Assembly: GCA_017446885.1 (NCBI GenBank)
Contig: JAFSOR010000018.1
Span: 40,758-64,757 of the forward strand
Direction: 5' to 3'
Source of the DNA: Spirochaetia bacterium
GTDB lineage: Bacteria > Spirochaetota > Spirochaetia > CADAEX01
DNA length: 24,000 nt
Shown here: piece after piece, positions 1 to 8,861 of the stretch
Layout of the letters: each line of letters opens with the position of its first letter
Position numbering within the stretch: position 1 is the first letter of the stretch
Position numbers and translations under genes: made by a program
The notes under the pieces: model-generated
Databases searched by the model: none
Told to the model about the DNA's origin: nothing
Seen by the model: the letters and a program-made list of their open reading frames with translations, nothing else

Positions 1-63
1 TCTTTCATGATGAACTCGCTCATTGCTGAACGACAGATATTTCCGTGACAGATAAAAAGAATC

Positions 64-747
64 TTAATCATTGCATGTCTCCTGCCCGACTATCTCAAGC
101 CTGTCCGGCTCCACATGGCACTGAATAAACTGCACCTCCACCCCAGCTCTCTCAGCAGCCTCAAGGGCAGTTCCGAACTCCGGATGGGTCTCAACATTGG
201 CATGGACCTCTCTGATTCCATCCATCTGGATTACAAAAGCCAGCACCGCATGGTACCCCTCTCTTTTTGCTTTAATCAGCTCGTGCAGATGTCTCACTCC
301 ACGCTCTGTAGGTGCATCGGGGAAATATCCTATGCCAGAGCGTTCCAAGGTGCAGCCCTTTACTTCCATCAGATACCTTTCTGTTTTGCCGGCACTATGA
401 CGTTCCATATAGAAGTCGATTCGGGAGGCGCCAAAAGTGTATTCAGGTATGATGACATCATAGTTCTGAGTATGAAGATACTCCAAGGCCACCTTGTTAG
501 GCGCCTGGCTGTCTATATTGATAAGGAGTCCATTGCCCTTGACCACAGCCACCAGGTCGTACTTAGTCTTCCGTGCCGGGTTATCAGATGCAGTCAGGTA
601 TACTGTGCAGCCGGGAATCAAAAGCTCCTTGCACCGGCCTGTATTCTTGACATGTACAGTCTCCTTTCTGCCGTTTATTTCCACATAAGCTATAAAACGG
701 TTGGGTCTTGAGATGAAAGTTGCATGTGTTATGTTGGGATAGTGCAA
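64..747 (-). CDS. sfsA: SfsA family DNA-binding/sugar fermentation stimulation protein homolog
   Basis: ORF of 227 aa with typical SfsA motifs (SRPNRFIAYVEINGR, HVKNTGRCKELLIPG, RYLMEVKGCTL, FPDAPTERGVRHL). Apparent TTG start at 747. Confidence 0.93.
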   Translation of the reverse strand: MHYPNITHATFISRPNRFIAYVEINGRKETVHVKNTGRCKELLIPGCTVYLTASDNPARKTKYDLVAVVKGNGLLINIDSQAPNKVALEYLHTQNYDVIIPEYTFGASRIDFYMERHSAGKTERYLMEVKGCTLERSGIGYFPDAPTERGVRHLHELIKAKREGYHAVLAFVIQMDGIREVHANVETHPEFGTALEAAERAGVEVQFIQCHVEPDRLEIVGQETCND

Positions 748-756
748 AGCCTGTCC

Positions 757-2169
757 TTATCCTATCACAAACCCTACAAACAGGTATCCAACAGCACATA
801 AGAAAGCCACCAGGGTTGCATAGGGCAGCTGGGTCTCTACATGGTTTATGTGCGGACAGCCTGAACCGGTGGAAGCGAGTATTGTGGTATCTGACATCGG
901 AGAGCAGTGGTCGCCATATACAGATCCGGCCAGTACTGCACCCAGGGTTGGCACCAGGAAAGGAGATGCCCCTTCTGTACTGCATATCATAGTGATAATC
1001 GGGATAAGCATTCCGAATGTGCCCCAGGAGGTTCCCATGGAGAAGCTCATTATAGCTGCTACAATAAAGATAAAGAAAGGCAGGTAAGAGAGCCCCATAT
1101 TAGAGCTGGAGACAAAACCAGAGATAAAGTATCCAGTTCCTATAAGATGACGGCACACTCCGCCCAGACTCCAGGAAAGGATAAGTATAAGCATAGGAGG
1201 AACTATAGAACCTATTCCCCCTACTATATTCTCAATGAACTGCCGCGGTGTCATAAGGCGGCGGGGCAGATACATAAGCATAGCTGTCAAAAAGCCTGCG
1301 AATGCACCCATTGTAAGCCCGGCAGGTGCATTGTACCCGATAGCCTCGGAGAAGCTGGTTCCGCTGAAGTAACCGCCTACATAGGCCATACCCAGAATAG
1401 CACACACTATAAGCACAGCAACAGGAAGCACCAGGTCCCAGATACTTGCTTTGCCTGCATCCAGACTGACAGCAGAAGTCTCTATCTTTCCCTGCACAGC
1501 CCTTTCCTCGGCCTTCTTCATAGGGCCGAAATCCTTGCCGGTAAAGCACAGATAGAACACCATGATTATGGTAAAAATCGCATAGAAGTTATAAGGAATG
1601 GTAGAGAGGAACACATTGAAGCCATTCTTTTCGCTTACTTCGCTGGCTACTGCCACTGCCCAGCTGGAGACTGGAGCTATTATACATACAGGAGCTGCTG
1701 TTGCATCAATAATATATGCCAGCTTCTCTCTGGAAATCTTGAGCCTGTCGGTGATAGGCCGCATTACTGTACCTACAGTCAGACAGTTGAATCCATCATC
1801 AATAAAAACTATAAGACCAAGGAGCGCAGTTGCCAATGATGCCGAGCGGCGGGTCTTGAGCTTTTTCTCTGCCCACCGGCCATAGGCCTGGCTGCCACCC
1901 GACTTGGAGACCAGGGTGACCACTGCCCACAGCATACCAAGGAACATGATGATATATGCGTTATCTGCAATCTTGGAGCACATCATATCAAATGTCATGT
2001 TCACAGCAGAGAATATTGTTCCGCCGCTGGCAGCTGCATATATCAGCATACCTGAGAACAATCCGATGAACAGCGAGGAATAAACCTCCTTGGTTATCAA
2101 TGCCAAAGTTATAGCTATAAGTGGAGACAGTACAGACACCCACCCTGTCTCAATCAATGTAAAATCCAT
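757..2169 (-). CDS. Na+/H+ antiporter, NhaC-like family
   Basis: 470 aa polytopic protein; motifs FIDDGFNCLTVGTVMRPITD, MSFSMGTSWGTFGMLIPI and GDHCSPMSDTTILAS match the NhaC-like antiporter family. Confidence 0.88.
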   Translation of the reverse strand: MDFTLIETGWVSVLSPLIAITLALITKEVYSSLFIGLFSGMLIYAAASGGTIFSAVNMTFDMMCSKIADNAYIIMFLGMLWAVVTLVSKSGGSQAYGRWAEKKLKTRRSASLATALLGLIVFIDDGFNCLTVGTVMRPITDRLKISREKLAYIIDATAAPVCIIAPVSSWAVAVASEVSEKNGFNVFLSTIPYNFYAIFTIIMVFYLCFTGKDFGPMKKAEERAVQGKIETSAVSLDAGKASIWDLVLPVAVLIVCAILGMAYVGGYFSGTSFSEAIGYNAPAGLTMGAFAGFLTAMLMYLPRRLMTPRQFIENIVGGIGSIVPPMLILILSWSLGGVCRHLIGTGYFISGFVSSSNMGLSYLPFFIFIVAAIMSFSMGTSWGTFGMLIPIITMICSTEGASPFLVPTLGAVLAGSVYGDHCSPMSDTTILASTGSGCPHINHVETQLPYATLVAFLCAVGYLFVGFVIG

Positions 2170-2196
2170 AATTATCTACGTTCTATCCTTTTTTAT

Positions 2197-2225
2197 ATAT
2201 TGCATAAATTATTTTTTTATGTCAA
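2197..2225 (-). promoter_or_regulatory. Putative sigma70-type promoter for the antiporter gene
   Basis: Minus strand TTGACA (2225..2220), 17-bp spacer, CAATAT (2202..2197), about 30 nt upstream of the ATG at 2169. Confidence 0.45.
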
Positions 2226-2248
2226 TATTAATTGTACACAATTTAATA
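2226..2248. promoter_or_regulatory. Palindromic operator candidate in the divergent intergenic region
   Basis: TATTAATTGTACACAATTTAATA with perfect core AATTGT-AC-ACAATT (2230..2243), between the divergently transcribed antiporter and flavoprotein/MarR genes. Confidence 0.4.
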
Positions 2249-2280
2249 GTACGCAATATACAAGCAAAGGAGAATAAGAC

Positions 2281-2793
2281 ATGAAAATTGCAATTTTAAA
2301 TGGAAGCCCTAAAACAGGTAACACAGCAGCAATGGCCAATGCATTTGCAGAGGGAGCAAAAGAGGCAGGACACGAGGTAGAGATTCTGCATGTTGGAAAG
2401 ATGAAGATTGGAGGATGCCTGGCCTGCGAGTACTGCCACGGCAAAGGTGCAGGCACTTGCGTCCAGAAGGATGATATGGAGAAGGTTATGCCTGCTTACA
2501 AAGAGGCAGATATGATTGTCTACACTTCTCCTATCTACTATTTCGGTATGACAGCCCAGATCTCTGCAGCTATCCAGAGAGTCTACGCCATCGGCAAGCC
2601 GGCCAAGGCAAAGAAGGCAGCCCTGCTCTTGAGCGCAGCTTCTCCAAACCCATTCAGCGGAGCAATTGCTACATATAAGGACATGGTAGCATTCACCGGC
2701 ATGGAGAATGCAGGCATTATAACTGCTTCTGGCGATGAGAACGGCTCTGCTGCAAAGATGGCTGAAATCAAGGCTTTTGCAAAGGCTTTATGA
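2281..2793 (+). CDS. Flavodoxin-fold NAD(P)H-dependent FMN reductase / iron-sulfur flavoprotein-like oxidoreductase
   Basis: N-terminal MKIAILNGSPKTGNTAAMANAF FMN-binding motif, Cys motif GGCLACEYCHGKGAGTC, SPIYYFGMTAQ; AAAGGAGA ribosome-binding site before the ATG. Confidence 0.88.
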   Translation: MKIAILNGSPKTGNTAAMANAFAEGAKEAGHEVEILHVGKMKIGGCLACEYCHGKGAGTCVQKDDMEKVMPAYKEADMIVYTSPIYYFGMTAQISAAIQRVYAIGKPAKAKKAALLLSAASPNPFSGAIATYKDMVAFTGMENAGIITASGDENGSAAKMAEIKAFAKAL

Positions 2794-3227
2794 AATACGA
2801 CTGTATCAGGCTTGAGAATCAGCTGTGTTTTCCCCTGTATGCTTGTGCCAAAGAGGTAGTCAGGCTATATAGGAAACCGCTTGAATCATTGCATCTGACT
2901 TACACTCAGTATATAGTTATGATGGTGCTGTGGGAATTCGGCGATATGACAGAATGGGATCTGGGGCAGAAAGTACATCTGGATTCCGGCACTCTTGCCC
3001 CGCTCCTGAAGCGATTAGAGACCGCCGGGCTTCTTAGCCGCACCAGAATGGATGGCAACGAGAGGAAACTCCTTCTTTCCCTTACCGATAAAGGAAAGAA
3101 ACTGAAGGAAAAGGCAGTAGAGGTTCCCAAGGCTATGCATGGTTGCATCAAACTGCCACAGGCAGAGCTGATCCAGCTGAAAACGCTGCTGGAAAAAGCA
3201 CTGTCCAATATGGAGGAAAAGATATGA
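2790..3227 (+). CDS. MarR-family transcriptional regulator, OhrR-like
   Basis: 145 aa; N-terminal LENQLCFPLYACAKEVVRLYRKPLESLHLTYTQYIVMMVLWE with the OhrR-type conserved Cys, followed by a winged-helix region. ATGA overlap with the upstream gene. Confidence 0.87.
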   Translation: MKYDCIRLENQLCFPLYACAKEVVRLYRKPLESLHLTYTQYIVMMVLWEFGDMTEWDLGQKVHLDSGTLAPLLKRLETAGLLSRTRMDGNERKLLLSLTDKGKKLKEKAVEVPKAMHGCIKLPQAELIQLKTLLEKALSNMEEKI

Positions 3228-3763
3228 TTTACGATTATTCAATTACTACCGGCAAGGGTGAGACATTGAACCTTGCAGATTTTAAAGGAAAAGTCATCAT
3301 GGTAGTGAACACAGCTACCGGATGCGGATTCACTCCACAGTACGAGCCTATCGAGAAACTCTACAAGGAGTATCATGACAAGGGTTTGGAGATACTTGAC
3401 ATACCCTGCAACCAGTTCGGGAAACAGGCTCCAGGCACAGACGAGGAGATTCACAACTTCTGCTCTCTGCATTACAACACAACATTCCCACAGATGAAGA
3501 AGTCTGATGTGAATGGGGCAAATGAGCTGCCGCTGTACACCTACCTTAAGTCACAGAAAGGGTTTGAGGGATTCGGGGAGCATAAATATTCAAAGCTTCT
3601 GGGTGATATGCTGGCAAAAGCAGACCCGGACTGGGACAAGAAGCCAGACATCAAATGGAACTTCACAAAGTTCATCATCGACAGAAAAGGCCAGGTTGTG
3701 GCACGTTTTGAACCCACCGCAGATATGGCCGAAGTTGAGGCCTGCATAAAGGCTTTGCTGTAA
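3224..3763 (+). CDS. Glutathione peroxidase family protein (Cys-type)
   Basis: MIYDYSITTGKGETLNLADFKGKVIMVVNTATGCGFTPQYEPIEKLY, IPCNQFGKQAPGT, IKWNFTKFIIDRKGQVVARFEP. The true start is the ATG overlapping the MarR stop, not the 3143 start in the ORF track. Confidence 0.94.
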   Translation: MIYDYSITTGKGETLNLADFKGKVIMVVNTATGCGFTPQYEPIEKLYKEYHDKGLEILDIPCNQFGKQAPGTDEEIHNFCSLHYNTTFPQMKKSDVNGANELPLYTYLKSQKGFEGFGEHKYSKLLGDMLAKADPDWDKKPDIKWNFTKFIIDRKGQVVARFEPTADMAEVEACIKALL

Positions 3764-3775
3764 AGGAGAAAAAAA

Positions 3776-4714
3776 ATGATAATAAAAGCAGTTAAATTCA
3801 GAAAAGATGGCTTCTATACACAGCCCTTTGCCTTCGGAGGCGAGGAAGATGGTGTATACGACCAGAATGTAAGATACCGTGGAACACTTCAGAACTATCT
3901 TATCGACACTGGAAACGAAGTTATTCTGGTAGATACAGGAATTCCTGCAGGAACACCGGAGGAGGTGCCGGCCGAGAAGAGTTTCGGATTCACAGGGAAA
4001 GATATCTGCACCTACATGGAGGCATTCAAGGCTCTGGGCTATAAGCCAGAGCAGGTGACAAAGATTCTTCTGACCCACCGGCACTCTGACCATTCAGGAG
4101 AGATAAAATCCTTCCCCAATGCAAAGGTTTATGTGAATGCAGAGGAACTGGATGCCGCAGAGCTCCAGGGAATCTCCAACATAGTCCCAGTGACATTCAC
4201 CGACGGAGCCTACTATAATTTTCCAGAATGCCAGAAAATCCAGGATGGTATCTACTTCATAAAGGCTAAAGGACACACCAAGGGCAACAGCATTGTGATT
4301 GTGGAGCTTGATGGACTGTTCTACATGATCCATGGAGATATCACTTATGTGGATGAAGCTCTGTATGCCAACAAACTTTCTGTTGTCTTTGACGACCGGA
4401 AGGCAGCCAGAGAGACTCTGGACCGGGTCCGGGAATTCATCAAGAACCACCCTACTGTATACTGCGGTACCCATACTCCACAGGGCTACGAGAACCTGGA
4501 GGCAAAACGGGTTATGGACCTGGACAATCCTGTTCCTACTGTGCTGGCAAAAGTTGATTTTTCTGCCAACAAAGGGACTGGTAAATATGTCTGCTCTGTA
4601 TGTGGCTACATCTACGATCCTGAGCAGCACGACGGTGTTGCCTTCGAGGATCTTCCGGCCGACTGGAGATGTCCGCGCTGCAGACAGCCCAAGGAGAAAT
4701 TCAACAGAGCATAG
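3776..4714 (+). CDS. Metallo-beta-lactamase-fold hydrolase with C-terminal rubredoxin domain
   Basis: HRHSDHSG (HxHxDH) and GHTKGN motifs of an MBL hydrolase; C-terminal [39 protein letters not shown] with two rubredoxin CxxC knuckles. Confidence 0.9.
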   Translation: MIIKAVKFRKDGFYTQPFAFGGEEDGVYDQNVRYRGTLQNYLIDTGNEVILVDTGIPAGTPEEVPAEKSFGFTGKDICTYMEAFKALGYKPEQVTKILLTHRHSDHSGEIKSFPNAKVYVNAEELDAAELQGISNIVPVTFTDGAYYNFPECQKIQDGIYFIKAKGHTKGNSIVIVELDGLFYMIHGDITYVDEALYANKLSVVFDDRKAARETLDRVREFIKNHPTVYCGTHTPQGYENLEAKRVMDLDNPVPTVLAKVDFSANKGTGKYVCSVCGYIYDPEQHDGVAFEDLPADWRCPRCRQPKEKFNRA

Positions 4715-4723
4715 GAACTCTAT

Positions 4724-6121
4724 ATGCCTAGAAATTATGAGATAGATATGTGCCATGGGCCGCTTCTAAGGAAGATGTGCCTGTTTGCCATACCTCTCAT
4801 GTGCTCCACCACATTGCAGCTGCTGTTCAATGCCACAGATGTGATTGTGGTGGGCCGTTTTGCCGGGGACAATTCCCTGGCCGCCGTAGGTTCCAATTCC
4901 TCCATCATCAACCTGATGCTCAACTTCTTTGTGGGACTCTCCATAGGTTCCAATGTGCTGGCCGCACGATACTATGGAGCCCACAACCAGGAGGATTTGT
5001 CCAAGACTGTGCATACCACCATGCTGCTTTCGCTCCTATGCGGGATAGTCATGACTATAGCTGGAGTGGCAGGAGCACGGCAGATTCTGATCTGGATGCA
5101 GACACCGAAGCAGGTTCTGGACCTGGCAGTAAAGTACCTTAGAATCTATTTCATGGGGATAACATTCACTATAGTCTACAACTTCGGCAGTGCCATACTC
5201 CGGGCAGTGGGCGACACCCGGCGGCCGCTGTGGTACCTTACCATTGCAGGATTTATCAACGTTATACTAAACCTGATTTTTGTCATAAACTTTAAATGGG
5301 ATGTGGCAGGAGTTGCGGCAGCCACTGTGATATCCCAGGCTGTTGCCTGCATATTCATAATTATCTGTATGACCAGAGACCAAGGTTCAGTACACCTGGA
5401 CTTCGCCCGGCTGCATCTCCATTCGATTCAGCTGGGTCTTATATTCAGGCTGGGAGTGCCGGCAGGTTTTCAGGGAATGCTCTTCTCCATATCCAACGTT
5501 GTTATACAATCTTCGGTCAACACATTCGGGAATGTAGTCATGGCAGGAAATGCGGCAGCCATGAACATAGAGCACTTTGTCTACTTTGCCATGAACTCTT
5601 TCTATCAGGCAGCAATCTCATTTACCTCACAGAATCTGGGTGCCGGCAACTTCAAGCGTATCCTCCGGATTCTGGGACTGGCACAGGTGTGTGTCATGGT
5701 GACAGGGCTTATTGCAGGAGGGGCAGCCTACATCTTTGCATCTCCCCTTATAGGAATATATTCAAGAAGTACAGATGTGATTGCGGCTGGAACAGTACGG
5801 CTTGGGATTGTATGCAAGACCTACCTGCTGTGCGGTATTATGGATGTATTTGTAGGCTCCCTGCGGGGGCTTGGCTATGCAATGATCCCTATGGTGGTGT
5901 CATTGGCAGGCGCCTGTCTGTTCAGGCTTATCTGGGTGGCTACCATATTTCAGATACCACGCTTCCATACAGTGCAGATACTATACCTTTCCTACCCTAT
6001 CTCCTGGGTTCTGACATTTATTGTACTGGGAATCTGCTTTGTCTGGGCTTTCAGGCGGACAGTGCTTCACCGCCGGATAACAGAAAAAACTTCTCTAAGC
6101 TCTGGGTCTTCGCTGAAGTAA
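4724..6121 (+). CDS. MATE family efflux transporter
   Basis: 465 aa; MCSTTLQLLFNATDVIVVGRFAGDNSLAAVGSNSSIINLMLNFFVGLSIGSNVLAARYYGA, typical of DinF/NorM-type MATE proteins. Confidence 0.93.
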   Translation: MPRNYEIDMCHGPLLRKMCLFAIPLMCSTTLQLLFNATDVIVVGRFAGDNSLAAVGSNSSIINLMLNFFVGLSIGSNVLAARYYGAHNQEDLSKTVHTTMLLSLLCGIVMTIAGVAGARQILIWMQTPKQVLDLAVKYLRIYFMGITFTIVYNFGSAILRAVGDTRRPLWYLTIAGFINVILNLIFVINFKWDVAGVAAATVISQAVACIFIIICMTRDQGSVHLDFARLHLHSIQLGLIFRLGVPAGFQGMLFSISNVVIQSSVNTFGNVVMAGNAAAMNIEHFVYFAMNSFYQAAISFTSQNLGAGNFKRILRILGLAQVCVMVTGLIAGGAAYIFASPLIGIYSRSTDVIAAGTVRLGIVCKTYLLCGIMDVFVGSLRGLGYAMIPMVVSLAGACLFRLIWVATIFQIPRFHTVQILYLSYPISWVLTFIVLGICFVWAFRRTVLHRRITEKTSLSSGSSLK

Positions 6122-6675
6122 TACTTCTCCAGTTCCTCATCTGTCAGGCCTATCAGCTCATGACTCATATAGTGGATCCAGATCTCATCGCACTGGTTCT
6201 TGATAACATGCTTCCGGCACCAGTAATCAGGGACAATATTGAGGTTTTTCTCCAGATACTCCTGTACTTTGTAATCGTGGACTGCAACTTTTATATCCTC
6301 CCTCTTAGGCCCTTTTGACATGATATAGTTGACCAGGAAGTTTATGGTGTGGCCTGAATCGTAGATATCGTCCACAAACAGCACCTTGTCGCCAGGCCGC
6401 AGGTTCTCGGGGGAATAAGTCCAGCCATCTACCGCTACAGCATCGTGGCTCTTTACGTCGGTATAGGACCGGGCAACAACAGCTGCATAGAAGACTGGCT
6501 TATGGCTGGTACCTTTTAGCACAGCCTTGTAGAATTCGCTTATCACATTGCCCATATAGGCGCCGCCCCGGAGTGGAACATAGATCACATCTGGAATAAA
6601 ACCTTCCTTGTACATTCTGTATGCCAGCTTAAGTGCATTGTTCCGTACAGTCTTGTAATGAAGAAATTCCTTCAT
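6067..6675 (-). CDS. Phosphoribosyltransferase (hypoxanthine/xanthine PRTase-like)
   Basis: PDVIYVPLRGGAYMGNVIS and PRPP-binding motif KVLFVDDIYDSGHTINFL. Confidence 0.82.
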   Translation of the reverse strand: MKEFLHYKTVRNNALKLAYRMYKEGFIPDVIYVPLRGGAYMGNVISEFYKAVLKGTSHKPVFYAAVVARSYTDVKSHDAVAVDGWTYSPENLRPGDKVLFVDDIYDSGHTINFLVNYIMSKGPKREDIKVAVHDYKVQEYLEKNLNIVPDYWCRKHVIKNQCDEIWIHYMSHELIGLTDEELEKYYFSEDPELREVFSVIRR

Positions 6676-6687
6676 GCGATACTCCTT

Positions 6688-7443
6688 TTAATCGGGAAGT
6701 TTAGTCAGAATCTCGGCATATCCGTCGTGGACAGCCACTGTATGCTCAAAGTGGCAGGATAATGAGTTGTCGGCAGTTACAACAGTCCAGTCGTCGTCCA
6801 GCACCTCGATATCCTCTTTTCCTATCATTATCATAGGCTCTATGGCTATGACCATCCCCTCTCTAAGACGCGGGCTTATCCCCCGTGTTATGAAATTAGG
6901 GACCGAGGGTTCCTCGTGCATATGGAAGCCCACCCCATGGCCGCAGTATTCACGGACAACGCCGTAGTTGTATTTTTTAGCATGTACAAACACAGCTCTG
7001 GAAATATCGATGACCCGGTTTCCTGCCACAGCCTTGTCTATGCCCCTGTAAAGGCATTCTTCGGTAACTTTCATAAGCTGCTGTGCCTCGGGCGATATTT
7101 TGCCCACACCAACAGTTATAGTGCTGTCAGATATGTAGCCCTTAAGGTCTACGCAGAAATCCATGCTGACGATGTCGCCATCCTTAAGCACCCGTTTTCC
7201 GGGGATGCCGTGGATAACCTCCTCGTTCACCGACACACATATGCTGGCAGGATACCCCATGTAGCCAAGTTCAGCAGGTTTTGCATGACGTGCCCTGACA
7301 AATTCCCGTGCTATGTCGTCTATGTCCTTGGTGGTCATGCCAGGTGCAATATGTTTTTTTATCTCTTCAAATGTTGCAGCCAGAATTGCCCCGGAATCGC
7401 GTATGCCGGCAATATCCTGCTTTGATTTAATTTTTATGCCCAT
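6688..7443 (-). CDS. map: Type I methionine aminopeptidase
   Basis: MGIKIKSKQDIAGIRDSGAILAATFEEIKKHIAPGMTT, VNEEVIHGIPG, GDIVSMDFC, YCGHGVGFHMHEEPSVPN, GMVIAIEPM. Internal ATG at 7443 preferred over the track start at 7479. Confidence 0.94.
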   Translation of the reverse strand: MGIKIKSKQDIAGIRDSGAILAATFEEIKKHIAPGMTTKDIDDIAREFVRARHAKPAELGYMGYPASICVSVNEEVIHGIPGKRVLKDGDIVSMDFCVDLKGYISDSTITVGVGKISPEAQQLMKVTEECLYRGIDKAVAGNRVIDISRAVFVHAKKYNYGVVREYCGHGVGFHMHEEPSVPNFITRGISPRLREGMVIAIEPMIMIGKEDIEVLDDDWTVVTADNSLSCHFEHTVAVHDGYAEILTKLPD

Positions 7444-7849
7444 TTTCCTTGTAGATTGAATCAAGGATGCCGTTGACAAACTTATAGGAGTCGTCGCCTC
7501 CGAACTCCTGAGCCAGTTTCACAGCCTCGTTGATTATTATTTTGCCGTCAGTGTCCTTCTGATACAGAAGCCCGTAGACACTGAGGCGCAGAATTGCCAG
7601 ATCGATTCGGGAGATACGGTCAAAATTCCAGTTTGTAATATGATTTTTTATGCAATTGTCTATGGTCTGGATATTCTCCAGAGTACCGCAGACAGTAAGC
7701 TTGACATAAGCCTCGGAGGAAGCATCAAAATCGTTTGGAGAAAGGTCGCGTGCACATGCAAACAAGAGTTCTGGATCAGATTTCTTAGTAAAATCCCAGC
7801 TGTAGATTATCTGAAACGCAAGAACCCTTGCACGATGCATTGTACCCAT
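7427..7849 (-). CDS. nusB: Transcription antitermination factor NusB
   Basis: 140 aa; HRARVLAFQIIYSWDF, ITNWNFDRISRIDLAILRLSVYGLLY, IIINEAVKLAQEFGGDDSYKFVNGILDSI. Confidence 0.92.
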   Translation of the reverse strand: MGTMHRARVLAFQIIYSWDFTKKSDPELLFACARDLSPNDFDASSEAYVKLTVCGTLENIQTIDNCIKNHITNWNFDRISRIDLAILRLSVYGLLYQKDTDGKIIINEAVKLAQEFGGDDSYKFVNGILDSIYKENGHKN

Positions 7850-7850
7850 A

Positions 7851-8861
7851 TTACAAGAAATATTTTATAGTTGCCTTTTTCTTAAGGTCATCAGTAACTT
7901 CGCGGACACTTTCTTTGAAGAGTGTATCCTGCTTTCTGGCAGTAAGATACTGAACAATTGTGTCCTTGACCGTGATGTTCTGCTCGTCGGAAACCTTGTC
8001 GGTCATCTCCAGAAGCTGAGGTTCGTTCACGCTTACAACCCGCACAATATGGTAGCCCACATTGGATTTGATTACAGGGCTTATGTCGCCCTGGCGCAGA
8101 TTGAATACTGTGTCAAAGAAATCCTCGCCCATGAACTTGCGTCTGTTGGAGTCGTCGATACGCAAAGTGCCAAAACGGCCGTGGTTATACTTGGAGGCAG
8201 AGTCGTCGGAAAGCTCAACCAGCTTGTCAAACTCGGCAGAACTCTTGCCAATCTGCCTGCTGTAACCGTTTATGCGCTCAAGAGCCTTCTGCTGCTCCAC
8301 AGAGTTAAGGCCGCGGGTATCCACATAGATGTGGTCAATACTTACCCGTTTAGGCACAAAGAACTGCTTGGTGTTCTCGTCGTAGAAGCGCTTTACCTCT
8401 TCGTCGGAAGGAGCCGGTATATTAGCCAGCTTACTGCCCTTGACCTTTCTGATATATCTCTGCACAGCCAGTGTTGTCTTGCTGCGGTCTGCATATACAG
8501 ACCAGCTTACGTTCATACGCTGCTCAACAAAATCTTTAAGCTGTTCGTCGGAAACATTGGCACCTGCACCCACTTCTTTCCTGATTGCAGAAAGAACCTC
8601 GGCCTCGGAGACCTGGATTCCCTCTTTCTCGGCAGCCTGGCGCAGAAGCACATCCTCTACCATAACCTCGAGAACTTCCTGCTCGCTTTTGTTCACGCCG
8701 GCATGCTGAAGCACTTTGATAGTCTGGTCCAGCTGTTTTCTGGAGATAATCTCTGATTTAGACAGGTTAACAATAGCAACCCTCTGGTCCATACTATCCT
8801 GAGAATAAACTGCCGCACAAAGCGCCAGCATCAAGAATACAGACAGAAGTATTTTTTTCAT
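7851..8861 (-). CDS. SurA/parvulin-type peptidyl-prolyl cis-trans isomerase, exported
   Basis: Signal peptide MKKILLSVFLMLALCAAVYSQ; SurA N-like helical region; parvulin domain with GRFGTLRID and GDISPVIKSNVGYHIVRVV. ATG at 8861 overlaps the secG TGA. Confidence 0.85.
   Translation of the reverse strand: MKKILLSVFLMLALCAAVYSQDSMDQRVAIVNLSKSEIISRKQLDQTIKVLQHAGVNKSEQEVLEVMVEDVLLRQAAEKEGIQVSEAEVLSAIRKEVGAGANVSDEQLKDFVEQRMNVSWSVYADRSKTTLAVQRYIRKVKGSKLANIPAPSDEEVKRFYDENTKQFFVPKRVSIDHIYVDTRGLNSVEQQKALERINGYSRQIGKSSAEFDKLVELSDDSASKYNHGRFGTLRIDDSNRRKFMGEDFFDTVFNLRQGDISPVIKSNVGYHIVRVVSVNEPQLLEMTDKVSDEQNITVKDTIVQYLTARKQDTLFKESVREVTDDLKKKATIKYFL

Noticed and set aside
1-23. Start of another minus-strand CDS (ATGAGCGAGTTCATCATGAAAGA...)
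   Set aside because: Only about 7 codons are visible and no clear RBS precedes it; not enough to call.
907-1839. 310-aa plus-strand ORF antisense to the antiporter gene
   Set aside because: His/Tyr/Cys-rich shadow translation opposite an unambiguous NhaC-like CDS, with no RBS or domain signal.
3143-3223. N-terminal extension of the glutathione peroxidase ORF
   Set aside because: Translation of the MarR 3' end in another frame; GPx proteins normally begin near MIYDYSITT.
3200-3340. Possible selenocysteine glutathione peroxidase
   Set aside because: The catalytic position codon is TGC (TATGCGF), an ordinary Cys; no in-frame TGA or SECIS element is needed.
5296-6318. 340-aa ORF on the plus strand overlapping the MATE gene
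   Set aside because: It runs in an alternative frame of a clear MATE CDS and into the antisense of the PRTase; composition is Cys/Arg/Ser-rich with no domain, typical of a shadow ORF.
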